Shown: piece by piece, positions 39,968 to 48,622 of the stretch
Layout: each line of letters begins with the position of its first letter
Numbering within the stretch: the stretch's first letter is position 1
Source: Brevibacterium luteolum
GTDB taxonomy: Bacteria; Actinomycetota; Actinomycetes; Actinomycetales; Brevibacteriaceae
Assembly: GCF_013004595.1 (NCBI RefSeq)
Contig: NZ_JABEMC010000003.1
Span: 1-64,000 of the forward strand
Direction: 5' to 3'
Length of the DNA: 64,000 nucleotides
The notes under the pieces: generated by a model
Told to the model about the DNA's origin: nothing
Database searches by the model: none
Seen by the model: only the letters and a program-made list of their open reading frames with translations
Translations under genes and position numbers: made by a program

Positions 39968-40948
39968 ATGAAGCCCCTCCCGATGCTCCAGCCGGCCAGC
40001 CTTGCCCGCAGCGCCGTCGACCGCAACGACGTGGCACGCGGTTCCGACGGCGATCTCTCCGAGCTGTGGCAGCGCTCGCGCGTCCACGGGATCCTCGCCC
40101 ACCGCGGCTACCTGCTCGTCGCCTCCGGCGGCCTGGTCCCAGTGACCGAAGCAGACGTGCCGGAAGACTCCACCCAGATCTACCTGGGCGGCGACGACAC
40201 CGAAACCCACTGGATCGGCATCGACCTCACCGATGAGGGACGTGCCGCGATCGACTCCTCACTGGCCGCGCAGCGCGACCGGGACGCCGTCGATTTCCTC
40301 GACGCCCCGGCCAGTGGCATCGAGGCGGCCGAACCGACCTGGCTGCCGCTGCGCGAGATCGCCGAAGCGCTCAGCGACCGCGACGCAGGACTGGCCTGCG
40401 AGCTCGTTGCAGTGGGCAACTGGCACCGCACGCACACGCACTCTCCGCGCAACGGCGCACCGACCGTGCCGATGCGCGGCGGCTGGGTGCGAAAGGACCC
40501 TGAGGCCGGCAGCGAGCACTTCCCACGCACCGACCCAGCCGTCATCATGGCCGTCGTGCACACCGACGACGATGGCACTGAACGCCTCCTGCTCGGCAGC
40601 AACGCCGCCTGGCCCGAAGACCGCTTCTCCGTGCTGGCTGGCTTCGTCGAACCCGGAGAGACCCTGGAGAACGCCGTGCTGCGCGAGGTCTGGGAGGAAG
40701 CACGCGTGCCGTGCCGCAATCCCCGCTACTTGGGATCGCAGCCGTGGCCGTTCCCGGCCTCGCTCATGCTCGGCTTCAGCGTCGAGGCCCAGACGCTGGA
40801 CTTCCAGGCCGATCTCGTCGAGATCTCAGGCCTGCGCTGGTTCACCCGCGAGGAGCTGCGTGAGCAGGTCGACACCGGCGCCGTTTCGGTGCCCGGCAGC
40901 GTGTCGATCGCAGGCCAGCTCATCTCCGCGTGGATGCACAACGCATGA
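39968..40948 (+). CDS. nudC: NAD(H) diphosphatase NudC
   Basis: FPRTDPAVI; Nudix box AGFVEPGETLENAVLREVWEE; SQPWPFPASLM; TACAGT -10 seven nt before ATG. Confidence 0.93.
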   Translation: MKPLPMLQPASLARSAVDRNDVARGSDGDLSELWQRSRVHGILAHRGYLLVASGGLVPVTEADVPEDSTQIYLGGDDTETHWIGIDLTDEGRAAIDSSLAAQRDRDAVDFLDAPASGIEAAEPTWLPLREIAEALSDRDAGLACELVAVGNWHRTHTHSPRNGAPTVPMRGGWVRKDPEAGSEHFPRTDPAVIMAVVHTDDDGTERLLLGSNAAWPEDRFSVLAGFVEPGETLENAVLREVWEEARVPCRNPRYLGSQPWPFPASLMLGFSVEAQTLDFQADLVEISGLRWFTREELREQVDTGAVSVPGSVSIAGQLISAWMHNA

Positions 40949-40989
40949 ACCCACCACCCACCCAGCCCCGCGGGCAGAGCCGCACGAGC

Positions 40990-43092
40990 ATGCCATCAGC
41001 CCCCGGCACCTCGGGTCCGGTAGCTGACGAGCTGCTGGCTGCCCTCGACCCCGAACAGCGGCAGGTCGCTGAGCACTTCGACGGCCCTCTCGTCGTCCTT
41101 GCCGGTGCTGGCACCGGAAAGACGCGGGCGATGACGCACCGCATCGCCTACGGGGTGCACACCGGGCAGTTCCGGCCCACCGAGGTGCTCGCTCTGACGT
41201 TCACGTCGAAGGCCGCCGGTGAGATGCGCTCCCGGCTGCGCAGCCTCGGCGTGCCCAGTGTGCAGGCCCGCACCTTCCACTCGGCTGCGTTGCGGCAGCT
41301 GCGGTTCTTCTGGTCCTCCTTTGCCGAAGGGCCGTTCCCAGACCTGCTCACGCACAAAGCCGGCGTCCTCTCGCAGACGATGGCAAGCCTCGGCTTCGAA
41401 CCCGAACGCGAAGTCGTCCGCGATGTCGCAGCCGAGATCGAATACGCCGCAGCCTCCCTGCTCGGCATCGAGGAGTACCTGCATGCCGCAGGCGGCCGCG
41501 AGCTGCCCGACGGCATCGACGTCGCCAGCATGGAGCGGATCATGCTCGCCTACTCGGAGACGAAGTCACGGCGCCGGCTCATCGACTTCGAAGACGTCCT
41601 CCTCGTCCTCAACGGCGTCCTCGGCACCCGGGAGGACATCGCCGCGAAAGTCCACTCCCAGTACAGCAGCTTCGTCGTCGACGAGTTCCAAGACGTCTCC
41701 CCGCTGCAGTACGACCTGCTGCGCCGCTGGCTGGGCAAGCGCGAGAGCCTGTGCGTCGTCGGCGATCCCGCCCAGACCATCTACACCTTCGCCGGCGCCA
41801 CCGACTCATTCCTGCTCGGCCTGCGCCGGGACCTGCCCAACGCCTCGACCGTCCGACTCGTGCGCAACTACCGCTCGAGTGCCGACATCGTCGACACCGC
41901 CAACCGGCTGCTGGCCCACACCGGCCGCGGGGCACTCGTCCTCCAGGCCACCCATCCGCACATGGGCCCGGTGCAGTACTTCGAATACAGCGACGACCCG
42001 GCCGAAGCGGCAGCCGTGGCAGACGCCATCGCCGCAGAACTCGCCGCCGGCCGCGCCGCCCAGGACATCGCCGTGCTGTTCCGCACCAACGGCCAGAGCC
42101 AGGCATACGAAGAGGCGCTCGCCGCCCGCGGCATCACCTACGTGCTGCGCGGCGGGGAGCGGTTCTTCGCCCGCCCCGAGGTCAAGCAGGCCCTCGTCAT
42201 GCTCACCGCCGCCACCCGCACCCACGGCGTGGAACCGCTGCCCGAGGTCGTCCGCGAGGTGCTAGAGAACACCGGCTGGACTGCCGCCGGCGAATCGCGG
42301 GTGGGCGCCGCGCGCGAGAAGTGGGAATCGCTGGCTGCCATCGTCGACCTTGCCGAGGCGATGCAGGCCGACAGCGAGGTCCCGGTGCCCTTGGAGAAGT
42401 TCGTCGCCGAGCTCGCCGACCGGCAGGAGCACCAGTTCGCCCCGCCGATCAACGGCGTTACATTGGCTTCTGTGCACGCGGCCAAGGGCCTGGAATGGGA
42501 CAGCGTCCACGTCGTGGGCTTAAGCGAAGGGCTCATGCCCATCAGCTACGCCAGCGAGCCGGCCGAAATCGCCGAGGAGCGCCGCCTGCTCTACGTCGCG
42601 GTCACCCGTGCACGCAAGCAGCTGCGGCTCAGCTGGTCGAAAGCCCGGCACGCTGGCCGCGCTGGATCGCGGCGCCCATCACGCTTCCTGGCCGAGCTGC
42701 GCGGAGACCAGCCGCGCCAGGTCCCGCAGGCGCGGCGCAGCCGGGCCGCCGGAACGGCCCGCGGGGGAGAGACAGTGCACTGCCAGAAGTGCCAGAAGGT
42801 CCTCGTCAACGTCGTCGAACGCCGCATCGGGCGCTGCGGCGACTGCCCAGGAGTCATCGACCCGCAGCTGCTCGAAGCGCTCAAGGACTGGCGCAAACAG
42901 GCCTCAGAGGACAACCAGATCCCTACCTACATGGTGCTGACGAACGCAACGCTCAACATGGTCGCCGAGGTCGCACCCCAGAACCGGGAAGAGCTCGCCC
43001 GCGTGCCGGGCATTGGTCCGGTCAAACAGGAACAGTTCGGTGAGGCGATCATCGAGATCGTCCGCCAGCAGCGCGGCAACAGCAGCTCCTGA
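40990..43092 (+). CDS. uvrD2: ATP-dependent DNA helicase UvrD2 with CxxC..CxxC and HRDC domain
   Basis: LDPEQ, AGAGTGKT, VDEFQD, GDPAQTIY, HAAKGLEW, YVAVTRAR, CQKC...CGDC, LKDWRK...PTYMV...VPGIGP; start uncertain (40930/40945/40990). Confidence 0.9.
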   Translation: MPSAPGTSGPVADELLAALDPEQRQVAEHFDGPLVVLAGAGTGKTRAMTHRIAYGVHTGQFRPTEVLALTFTSKAAGEMRSRLRSLGVPSVQARTFHSAALRQLRFFWSSFAEGPFPDLLTHKAGVLSQTMASLGFEPEREVVRDVAAEIEYAAASLLGIEEYLHAAGGRELPDGIDVASMERIMLAYSETKSRRRLIDFEDVLLVLNGVLGTREDIAAKVHSQYSSFVVDEFQDVSPLQYDLLRRWLGKRESLCVVGDPAQTIYTFAGATDSFLLGLRRDLPNASTVRLVRNYRSSADIVDTANRLLAHTGRGALVLQATHPHMGPVQYFEYSDDPAEAAAVADAIAAELAAGRAAQDIAVLFRTNGQSQAYEEALAARGITYVLRGGERFFARPEVKQALVMLTAATRTHGVEPLPEVVREVLENTGWTAAGESRVGAAREKWESLAAIVDLAEAMQADSEVPVPLEKFVAELADRQEHQFAPPINGVTLASVHAAKGLEWDSVHVVGLSEGLMPISYASEPAEIAEERRLLYVAVTRARKQLRLSWSKARHAGRAGSRRPSRFLAELRGDQPRQVPQARRSRAAGTARGGETVHCQKCQKVLVNVVERRIGRCGDCPGVIDPQLLEALKDWRKQASEDNQIPTYMVLTNATLNMVAEVAPQNREELARVPGIGPVKQEQFGEAIIEIVRQQRGNSSS

Positions 43093-43983
43093 TCACACGT
43101 GGCTCAGATCCTGTGGGACGGTTGCCCGGCAGGAACAGCTGGAATGGAACTCCGGTGTCTCGATGACGACCTCGCCGCTGGGGGAGATGACGAGATCAGA
43201 GGCGACACGACCGGGATGGAGAATGTGCTCGCGGACGCGCTCAGCCTGATGCGCATACGCCAGTGCGCACAGCACCGGATCGAGCAGCGACGCGGAGGGA
43301 GCCTGCTGCCACAGCGCCTGCCAGCTGCCGAACCAGTCGGCGTCGTCATCGCAGCGGAAGCCGATCGCACAGCGGGTGCAGGGAGTGTCCTGGGCCCGGA
43401 TCACATGGGACAGACGGGCCTGATCCTGCCCGACGGTCAGGTGGCAGTGGTCGATCCCGTGCTCATGGAGGAACCCCGCACCGACCGCGTCGTCGACCCA
43501 GGCACCGGTCAGCACGACGAGCGGTTGAGCAGCCGTCAGCGCATCCTCTGCCCGGTCGATGATGTCAGCGCGCATCCCGGCGGCGACGAGCAGGGCCTGC
43601 AGCCCACGTCGCAGCGGCCCGAGGACGAGCACGCTGGGTCGTGTGAGCCTTCCGGTGATGCAGCTGGGCTCCTCCCGGATCCGAGCGGCATAGGCATCGA
43701 CGTGCGTGGTGCTGCTGGCCTGATACGCGGTGCGCTCGACAGGCATGAGCACACCGGCTTCGGTCAAGAGGGACAGCAGTGAGGCAGCACGAGCCGGGCT
43801 GACATCGAGATGCGCGGCACGGGCGTCGAAGTCACGGGCGCTGATGCCCATCCGGATCGCATTGATGAGTTCGGTGTCGGCTGCGGTGAGCCCGTCGATG
43901 AGCACGGGAGAGTCGACGCCGAATTGGATGCACCGTGAGCTGCGCCAGACAACCGGTACCGATCGGTAAAGCTGATATCTCAT
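43093..43983 (-). CDS. Rv3196-like hypothetical protein with degenerate ThiF/cyclodehydratase-scaffold features
   Basis: VVWRSSRCIQFGVD, TPCTRC, D..W, HSSCSC; conserved location after uvrD2. Confidence 0.65.
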   Translation of the reverse strand: MRYQLYRSVPVVWRSSRCIQFGVDSPVLIDGLTAADTELINAIRMGISARDFDARAAHLDVSPARAASLLSLLTEAGVLMPVERTAYQASSTTHVDAYAARIREEPSCITGRLTRPSVLVLGPLRRGLQALLVAAGMRADIIDRAEDALTAAQPLVVLTGAWVDDAVGAGFLHEHGIDHCHLTVGQDQARLSHVIRAQDTPCTRCAIGFRCDDDADWFGSWQALWQQAPSASLLDPVLCALAYAHQAERVREHILHPGRVASDLVISPSGEVVIETPEFHSSCSCRATVPQDLSHV

Positions 43984-44053
43984 GCCGTGAACCCCCTTGT
44001 TCATCGGCATCGTAGGCTCACGCACGCACGGAGCGACAGGGTGATGAGCCAAT

Positions 44054-44431
44054 TGTGGAAAACTCTGTGCAGAAACGGGCCCAGACAGAAATGAGACCGG
44101 GCGAACGCACTCGTGACATGGGGCGTGGAATGCACGCCGTCAGAGCTGTTCGCCCGGTCGAAGCCCTCAGCCGCTCGCGAGTTTCGTGAACCTTCCCCCA
44201 GCCCACGAATCTCGGGTTTTCCGAGGGTCTGACTCCTCAAACTATGTCGCCTGCCGCGCCTACGTCAACAGACTGCCGAGCACCCCCTGTGCACGGTGTG
44301 TGGAAAACGCCGGGGAACTGACGTCGATTGTGTGGATAACGGTGTGCATTGTGCATCGGATTCAGGTGTGGCAAAACGCCGAGAAGTCCCGATTGACATG
44401 AGGAATCACCCTCTGGGTGAGGTGTGGACAC
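44054..44431. promoter_or_regulatory. Cluster of same-orientation DnaA-box-like 9-mers
   Basis: TGTGGATAA 44331-44339 (perfect); TGTGGAAAA 44054-44062 and 44299-44307; TGTGCAGAA 44066-44074; TGTGGCAAA 44367-44375; TGTGGACAC 44423-44431. Confidence 0.6.
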
Positions 44432-44641
44432 AAAGAAATCTCAAGAAATTTTTCCCACGCTCATGACTGCGGCGTTGCGGCTTGGAATTCTCTGCCGACT
44501 GTGGCAGTTGGTCATGGTCTGGGTGGTGCTCGTCACCCTCGTGCCGCCGTCGATGAGCCCCGGCCACCGTGGTGATGTCCGCGCGGCATGCGAGGATGTC
44601 TCCAGTGGCAGCAGAGCCGTGTGAGGAAGAGGGGAGAGAAC

Positions 44642-45184
44642 GTGGACGCCTCAGATGTGCGGGCAGGGATCGGTGACGGCACCATCACCCTCAAGCGCTC
44701 AGCCAGACGCCGCAAAACGATCTCGGCGACGAAGACTCCCGTCGGCTATCAGCTGGCCGTGCCTGCCCGATTCGACCTGGAGCGCAACATCTCCTCGATC
44801 GCCCGGCTCATCGAGCGCTTAGAGCGCAGGGCTGCCGTGCCGGCGCCAGGGGACGAGGACTTGGAAGCCCGCGCGGCTGAGCTGAATGCGCGCCTGTTCG
44901 ACGATGGGATCGCCCCGACCTCGGTGCGCTGGGTGTCCAATCAGCGCACCCGCTTCGGATCGACGACGTCGGCCACCGGCCAGATCCGAATCTCCAACCG
45001 CCTGCGCGAGGTGCCCGCCTGGGTTCTTGACGCGGTGCTCGTCCACGAACTTGCGCACCTGCGCGAACCCAACCACTCACCGGCCTTCCATGCGCTGGCT
45101 GACCGCTATGAGCGCACCAAGGACGCCGACATCTTCCTGTCGGGATTCAGCTACGGAGAAGGCGCCGCCCGGTACACCAGCTGA
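44642..45184 (+). CDS. YgjP/DUF45-like (M48-related) metallohydrolase
   Basis: RSARRRKTISA, VRWVSNQRTRFGS, VLVHELAHL, HSPAFHAL; GTG start after GAGGGGAG. Confidence 0.88.
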   Translation: MDASDVRAGIGDGTITLKRSARRRKTISATKTPVGYQLAVPARFDLERNISSIARLIERLERRAAVPAPGDEDLEARAAELNARLFDDGIAPTSVRWVSNQRTRFGSTTSATGQIRISNRLREVPAWVLDAVLVHELAHLREPNHSPAFHALADRYERTKDADIFLSGFSYGEGAARYTS

Positions 45185-45196
45185 TCAGGCTGTGTC

Positions 45197-45748
45197 TCAG
45201 CGCTCTGCGAGCCGGCAAGCGGCATCCCACAGCGTCGGCAGCCGGTCGGTCAGGTCGGGCATTAGCTGATCCGGTAGCGTATCGAGGCTGAACCAGCCGA
45301 GCGCGTGGGACTCCACCGAGACGCTGACAGCCTCGCGCTCGGAAACATCTGCAGCGAAGAGCACATCCCGGTGACGGGCACACCGGCCGTGCTGGGCCGA
45401 GAGCGCATACGACGTCACCGATACCGGCACGGGGGAGAACCAGCGCCACGAGCGCAGACCTGCCTCCTCGGTCAGCTCGCGTGCGGCTGCGGCAGCAAAC
45501 GAGGCATCGACTGCCTCGACGTGACCACCGAACTGCATCCACTTGCCGGTCTTGCGGTGCCGCTGCAGAAGCACCCGCCGATCATCGGCGGCGAGGTCGA
45601 AGACGACGCAGCTGGCGGTGAAGTGATCCGGATCCGCAGTCTTCGACAACGCGGCAGGCCCCGCAGTGAGCAGAAACTCGGCCTGCGGGGCCTGTCCGGC
45701 GCTGCGCAGCTCGGCAGCGAAGTCGTTCAGTGTGCGATCAGCGCTCAT
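45197..45748 (-). CDS. NUDIX hydrolase
   Basis: HFTASCVV, HRKTGKWMQFGGHVE...AAARELTEEAGL. Confidence 0.85.
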   Translation of the reverse strand: MSADRTLNDFAAELRSAGQAPQAEFLLTAGPAALSKTADPDHFTASCVVFDLAADDRRVLLQRHRKTGKWMQFGGHVEAVDASFAAAAARELTEEAGLRSWRWFSPVPVSVTSYALSAQHGRCARHRDVLFAADVSEREAVSVSVESHALGWFSLDTLPDQLMPDLTDRLPTLWDAACRLAER

Positions 45749-47177
45749 CATCCGCATCGGTGCCACCGGCGGTTCCGCTGTCACCGTTATCGCCAGCGTC
45801 GTCACTGCTGTCAGCATCGTCAGCGGCTGGCTTCTCAGCCGAGCCTTCGCTCAGGATCTTCTCGAGCGCTTCATCGATCTCGGTCTCACTCGACCAGGCT
45901 TCCTGGCGGCGCTCCCGGTAGCCGAGCGGATCATTGAGATCCTTGGCCGTGGGCAGCAGATCCGGGTGGGTGAAGATCTGGTCACGGGCCTCAGCACCTT
46001 CGGACTGCTCCAGGTAGCCGAACAGTGCCACGGCATCGCGCAGCCGGGTGGGCACCAGTTCGAGACCGACGAGTTCAGCGAACCGGCGATCGGCAGAGCT
46101 CTGGGTGGCCAGCCGGCGATGCAGTGCTTCGCGGATCGCATCGCGGCCGCTCAGCGCCTCGCAGGCGGAGTAGGTGACGACATCAGCCCAGCCGGCGATG
46201 ACCGACAGCAGGTTCTGCACCTGCTCGAGCGCCTCAGCTTGCTGCGGGGTCTGCTGCGGGTTGAAGAGGCCCTCGCGGACCTCCTGGCTGACCTGCTCCA
46301 GGTTGCTCGGGTCGATCTGCCCGGCCAGCCCCTCGATGCGGCCCATATCGACTTCGATGCCCGAGGCGTACTTCGCCAGCGCCGTCTCGACGTGACCAGC
46401 CAGCCACGGGGCGCGCTTGAACAGCCACAGGTGGGCAAGCTCACGCACTGCCAGGTAGATGCGCAGCTCCTTCGGGTCGATGTCGAGCTCGGCTGCGGCT
46501 CCGACGATGTTCGCGTTCACCAGCGCCGGCTTGTCACCGGCGACCAGCGGCAGGCCGATATCCGACGAGGTGAGCACCTCACCGGAGAGACCGCCGAGCG
46601 CCTCACCGAGCTGCACGCCGAACATCGAGCTGCTCATCGAAGCGAACATCTGCGAGGCACCGGCGAGCATCGGCTTGAGCTCCTCAGGCGCCTGCTCAGC
46701 GATCGTGCTCGTCAGCGCCTGCGTCATATTCGTCTGCACCGGAGCGAGGAACTTCTCCCAGCCCGGCAGCGACTGGTGCACCCATTCCCTGCGGGTCAGC
46801 GTCTGCGCGTCTCCGATCCCGGCCGGCTGATCGGTGACCTTCGCCAGCCACAGCTCAGCGACACGGAACGCATCCCGGCTGGCTGCGACAGTCTCCTCAC
46901 TGACATCCGGGTCGGGAGTCGGCACCTTGTCCTCAGCTGCCTTGAGCGCAGCCTTCTGGGCGCCGGCACCGCTCATCATCTCCTGCAGCTGCTGCATGAT
47001 CCCGCCGAGCATCGCCGGATCGAACGGGAACCCGCCGGGCAAGCCCTGCTGGCCGCCGGATCCTCCGCCGGGGCCGCCGAAGCCTGCACCGCCGCCGGGT
47101 CCGAAGAACATGCCGAACATGTTGCCGAAGGGATTGTTCTCGTCAGGCTGCTGTTCGTTGTCGTTCTTATCGGTCAT
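45738..47177 (-). CDS. Zincin-like putative hydrolase (DUF2342/Rv3195-like)
   Basis: DIGLPL, YLAVRELAHLWLF, GWADVV, LVGLEL, HPDLLPT; conserved position beside the PDZ gene. Confidence 0.85.
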   Translation of the reverse strand: MTDKNDNEQQPDENNPFGNMFGMFFGPGGGAGFGGPGGGSGGQQGLPGGFPFDPAMLGGIMQQLQEMMSGAGAQKAALKAAEDKVPTPDPDVSEETVAASRDAFRVAELWLAKVTDQPAGIGDAQTLTRREWVHQSLPGWEKFLAPVQTNMTQALTSTIAEQAPEELKPMLAGASQMFASMSSSMFGVQLGEALGGLSGEVLTSSDIGLPLVAGDKPALVNANIVGAAAELDIDPKELRIYLAVRELAHLWLFKRAPWLAGHVETALAKYASGIEVDMGRIEGLAGQIDPSNLEQVSQEVREGLFNPQQTPQQAEALEQVQNLLSVIAGWADVVTYSACEALSGRDAIREALHRRLATQSSADRRFAELVGLELVPTRLRDAVALFGYLEQSEGAEARDQIFTHPDLLPTAKDLNDPLGYRERRQEAWSSETEIDEALEKILSEGSAEKPAADDADSSDDAGDNGDSGTAGGTDADDER

Positions 47178-47410
47178 GCGGACCCCCTGGTTCGGTGCGG
47201 GCGGTGGTAGTCATGTCAGGCTAACCGGAGAAGCTGGTCAAATGTTCCGAACCACCGGTCCCGAGGCGTTGGTTTCGTCCTCGGCGAAATGCGCACCGAC
47301 CGCCCTGCTCACAGCCTGCGGACAGCCGATTCCTGAGTGGTTCCCATCCGGTGCCTCGTCTAGACTGGATCAGGTCTGTTCACTGGTGCGTATCGAAAGG
47401 GTTGAACCAC

Positions 47411-48598
47411 GTGACGAACAACGTCGGAGCCGGTTCGGGTCACGCGCCTGAGCCCGCCCCCGTCGGAGCGCCGCAGACCCCCGCGACCAGCGCTGACGCC
47501 GCCGCGGCCCCGGCAGAGAAGCCGGCCCGCAAGCCCCGCGCCCGCTCCGGCGGGATCTTGTCCGGGATCATCACCTACGGCCTCGTCCTCGCCTGCGCGC
47601 TCATCCCCGTGCCCTACCTGCTGCAGATGCCCGGCCCAGTGGTCAACACCCTCGAACCGGTCGACGGTAAAGATCTCATCACGATCAGCGGCACCGAAAC
47701 CTATGAGGCCGAAGGCCAGCTCGACATGCTCACCGTCGCCGTCGCCGGCGGCCCGGGCAACAACGTCTACGCCTCCGAAGCACTGCGCTCGGTCATCAAG
47801 GGGACCGACACCGTCGTGCCCAATGAGTCCTACTATCCGCTGACGACCACCCGCGAGGACGTCACCGGCCAGAACACCGCCCAGATGGCCTCCTCACAGG
47901 ACACCGCCACCGCCGCTGCGCTCGGCGAGCTCGGCATCGACTACTCCTCTGTCACCACCGTCGCCGAGGTGGTCGCCGGCTCCCCAGCAGACGGCCAGGT
48001 CCAGCCTGGAGACGAGATCACCTCGATTAACGGCACCGGACTCGGCGGCGATCCCGACGCTGCGACTGCCGTCGCCTCGGCGGTGACCGAATCCGAGGGC
48101 AGCGTGCAGCTGGGCCTCAAGCGCGGGGACGGAGAGCTGTCTGTCGATCTGGAGCCCCAGCCGGTGCACGGCAAGAAGATGATCGGCATCTCGATGCAGC
48201 AGCGCTTCGACTTCCCGTTCGAGGTCACCTACAACGTCAAGGACATCGGCGGGCCCTCAGCCGGCATGATCTTCGCCCTGACGATCATCGACGAGCTCAC
48301 CCCGGGCAATCTCACCGGCGGCAAGCCGATCGCCGGCACTGGCGCCATCGATGCCGCCGGGACCGTCACCCCGATCGGCGGGGCCCGGCAGAAGGTCAGC
48401 GCTGCCTCGGACGCGGGTGCCGAGTATTTCCTGTCTCCGGCGAAGAACTGCGCCGAGGTGGTCGACGCCGCCGCCTCCACAGATCTCCATGTGGTCCGCA
48501 TCGACACGCTGTCCGATGCCCACGCTGCGGTCGAGGACATCGCCGCAGGAAACACCGACAGCCTTCCGCAGTGCGACGCCCAGCAGGGCGCGCGATGA
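47411..48598 (+). CDS. Membrane PDZ-domain Lon-like protease (YlbL type)
   Basis: TM then PGPVVNTL, MASSQDTA, PDZ GSPADG..PGDEI, catalytic IGGPSAGMIFAL, IAGTGAI, IGGARQK. Confidence 0.9.
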   Translation: MTNNVGAGSGHAPEPAPVGAPQTPATSADAAAAPAEKPARKPRARSGGILSGIITYGLVLACALIPVPYLLQMPGPVVNTLEPVDGKDLITISGTETYEAEGQLDMLTVAVAGGPGNNVYASEALRSVIKGTDTVVPNESYYPLTTTREDVTGQNTAQMASSQDTATAAALGELGIDYSSVTTVAEVVAGSPADGQVQPGDEITSINGTGLGGDPDAATAVASAVTESEGSVQLGLKRGDGELSVDLEPQPVHGKKMIGISMQQRFDFPFEVTYNVKDIGGPSAGMIFALTIIDELTPGNLTGGKPIAGTGAIDAAGTVTPIGGARQKVSAASDAGAEYFLSPAKNCAEVVDAAASTDLHVVRIDTLSDAHAAVEDIAAGNTDSLPQCDAQQGAR

Positions 48599-48622
48599 CA
48601 CCGCTTCGACGAAAGGGATCGA

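Noticed and set aside
43093..43983. TOMM/azole RiPP biosynthetic cluster
   Set aside because: No YcaO, dehydrogenase, precursor peptide or transporter nearby
43984..44640. Chromosomal replication origin oriC
   Set aside because: Actinobacterial oriC normally lies beside dnaA/dnaN, which are absent here; only a short A/T-rich patch is present. Kept as a non-origin box cluster
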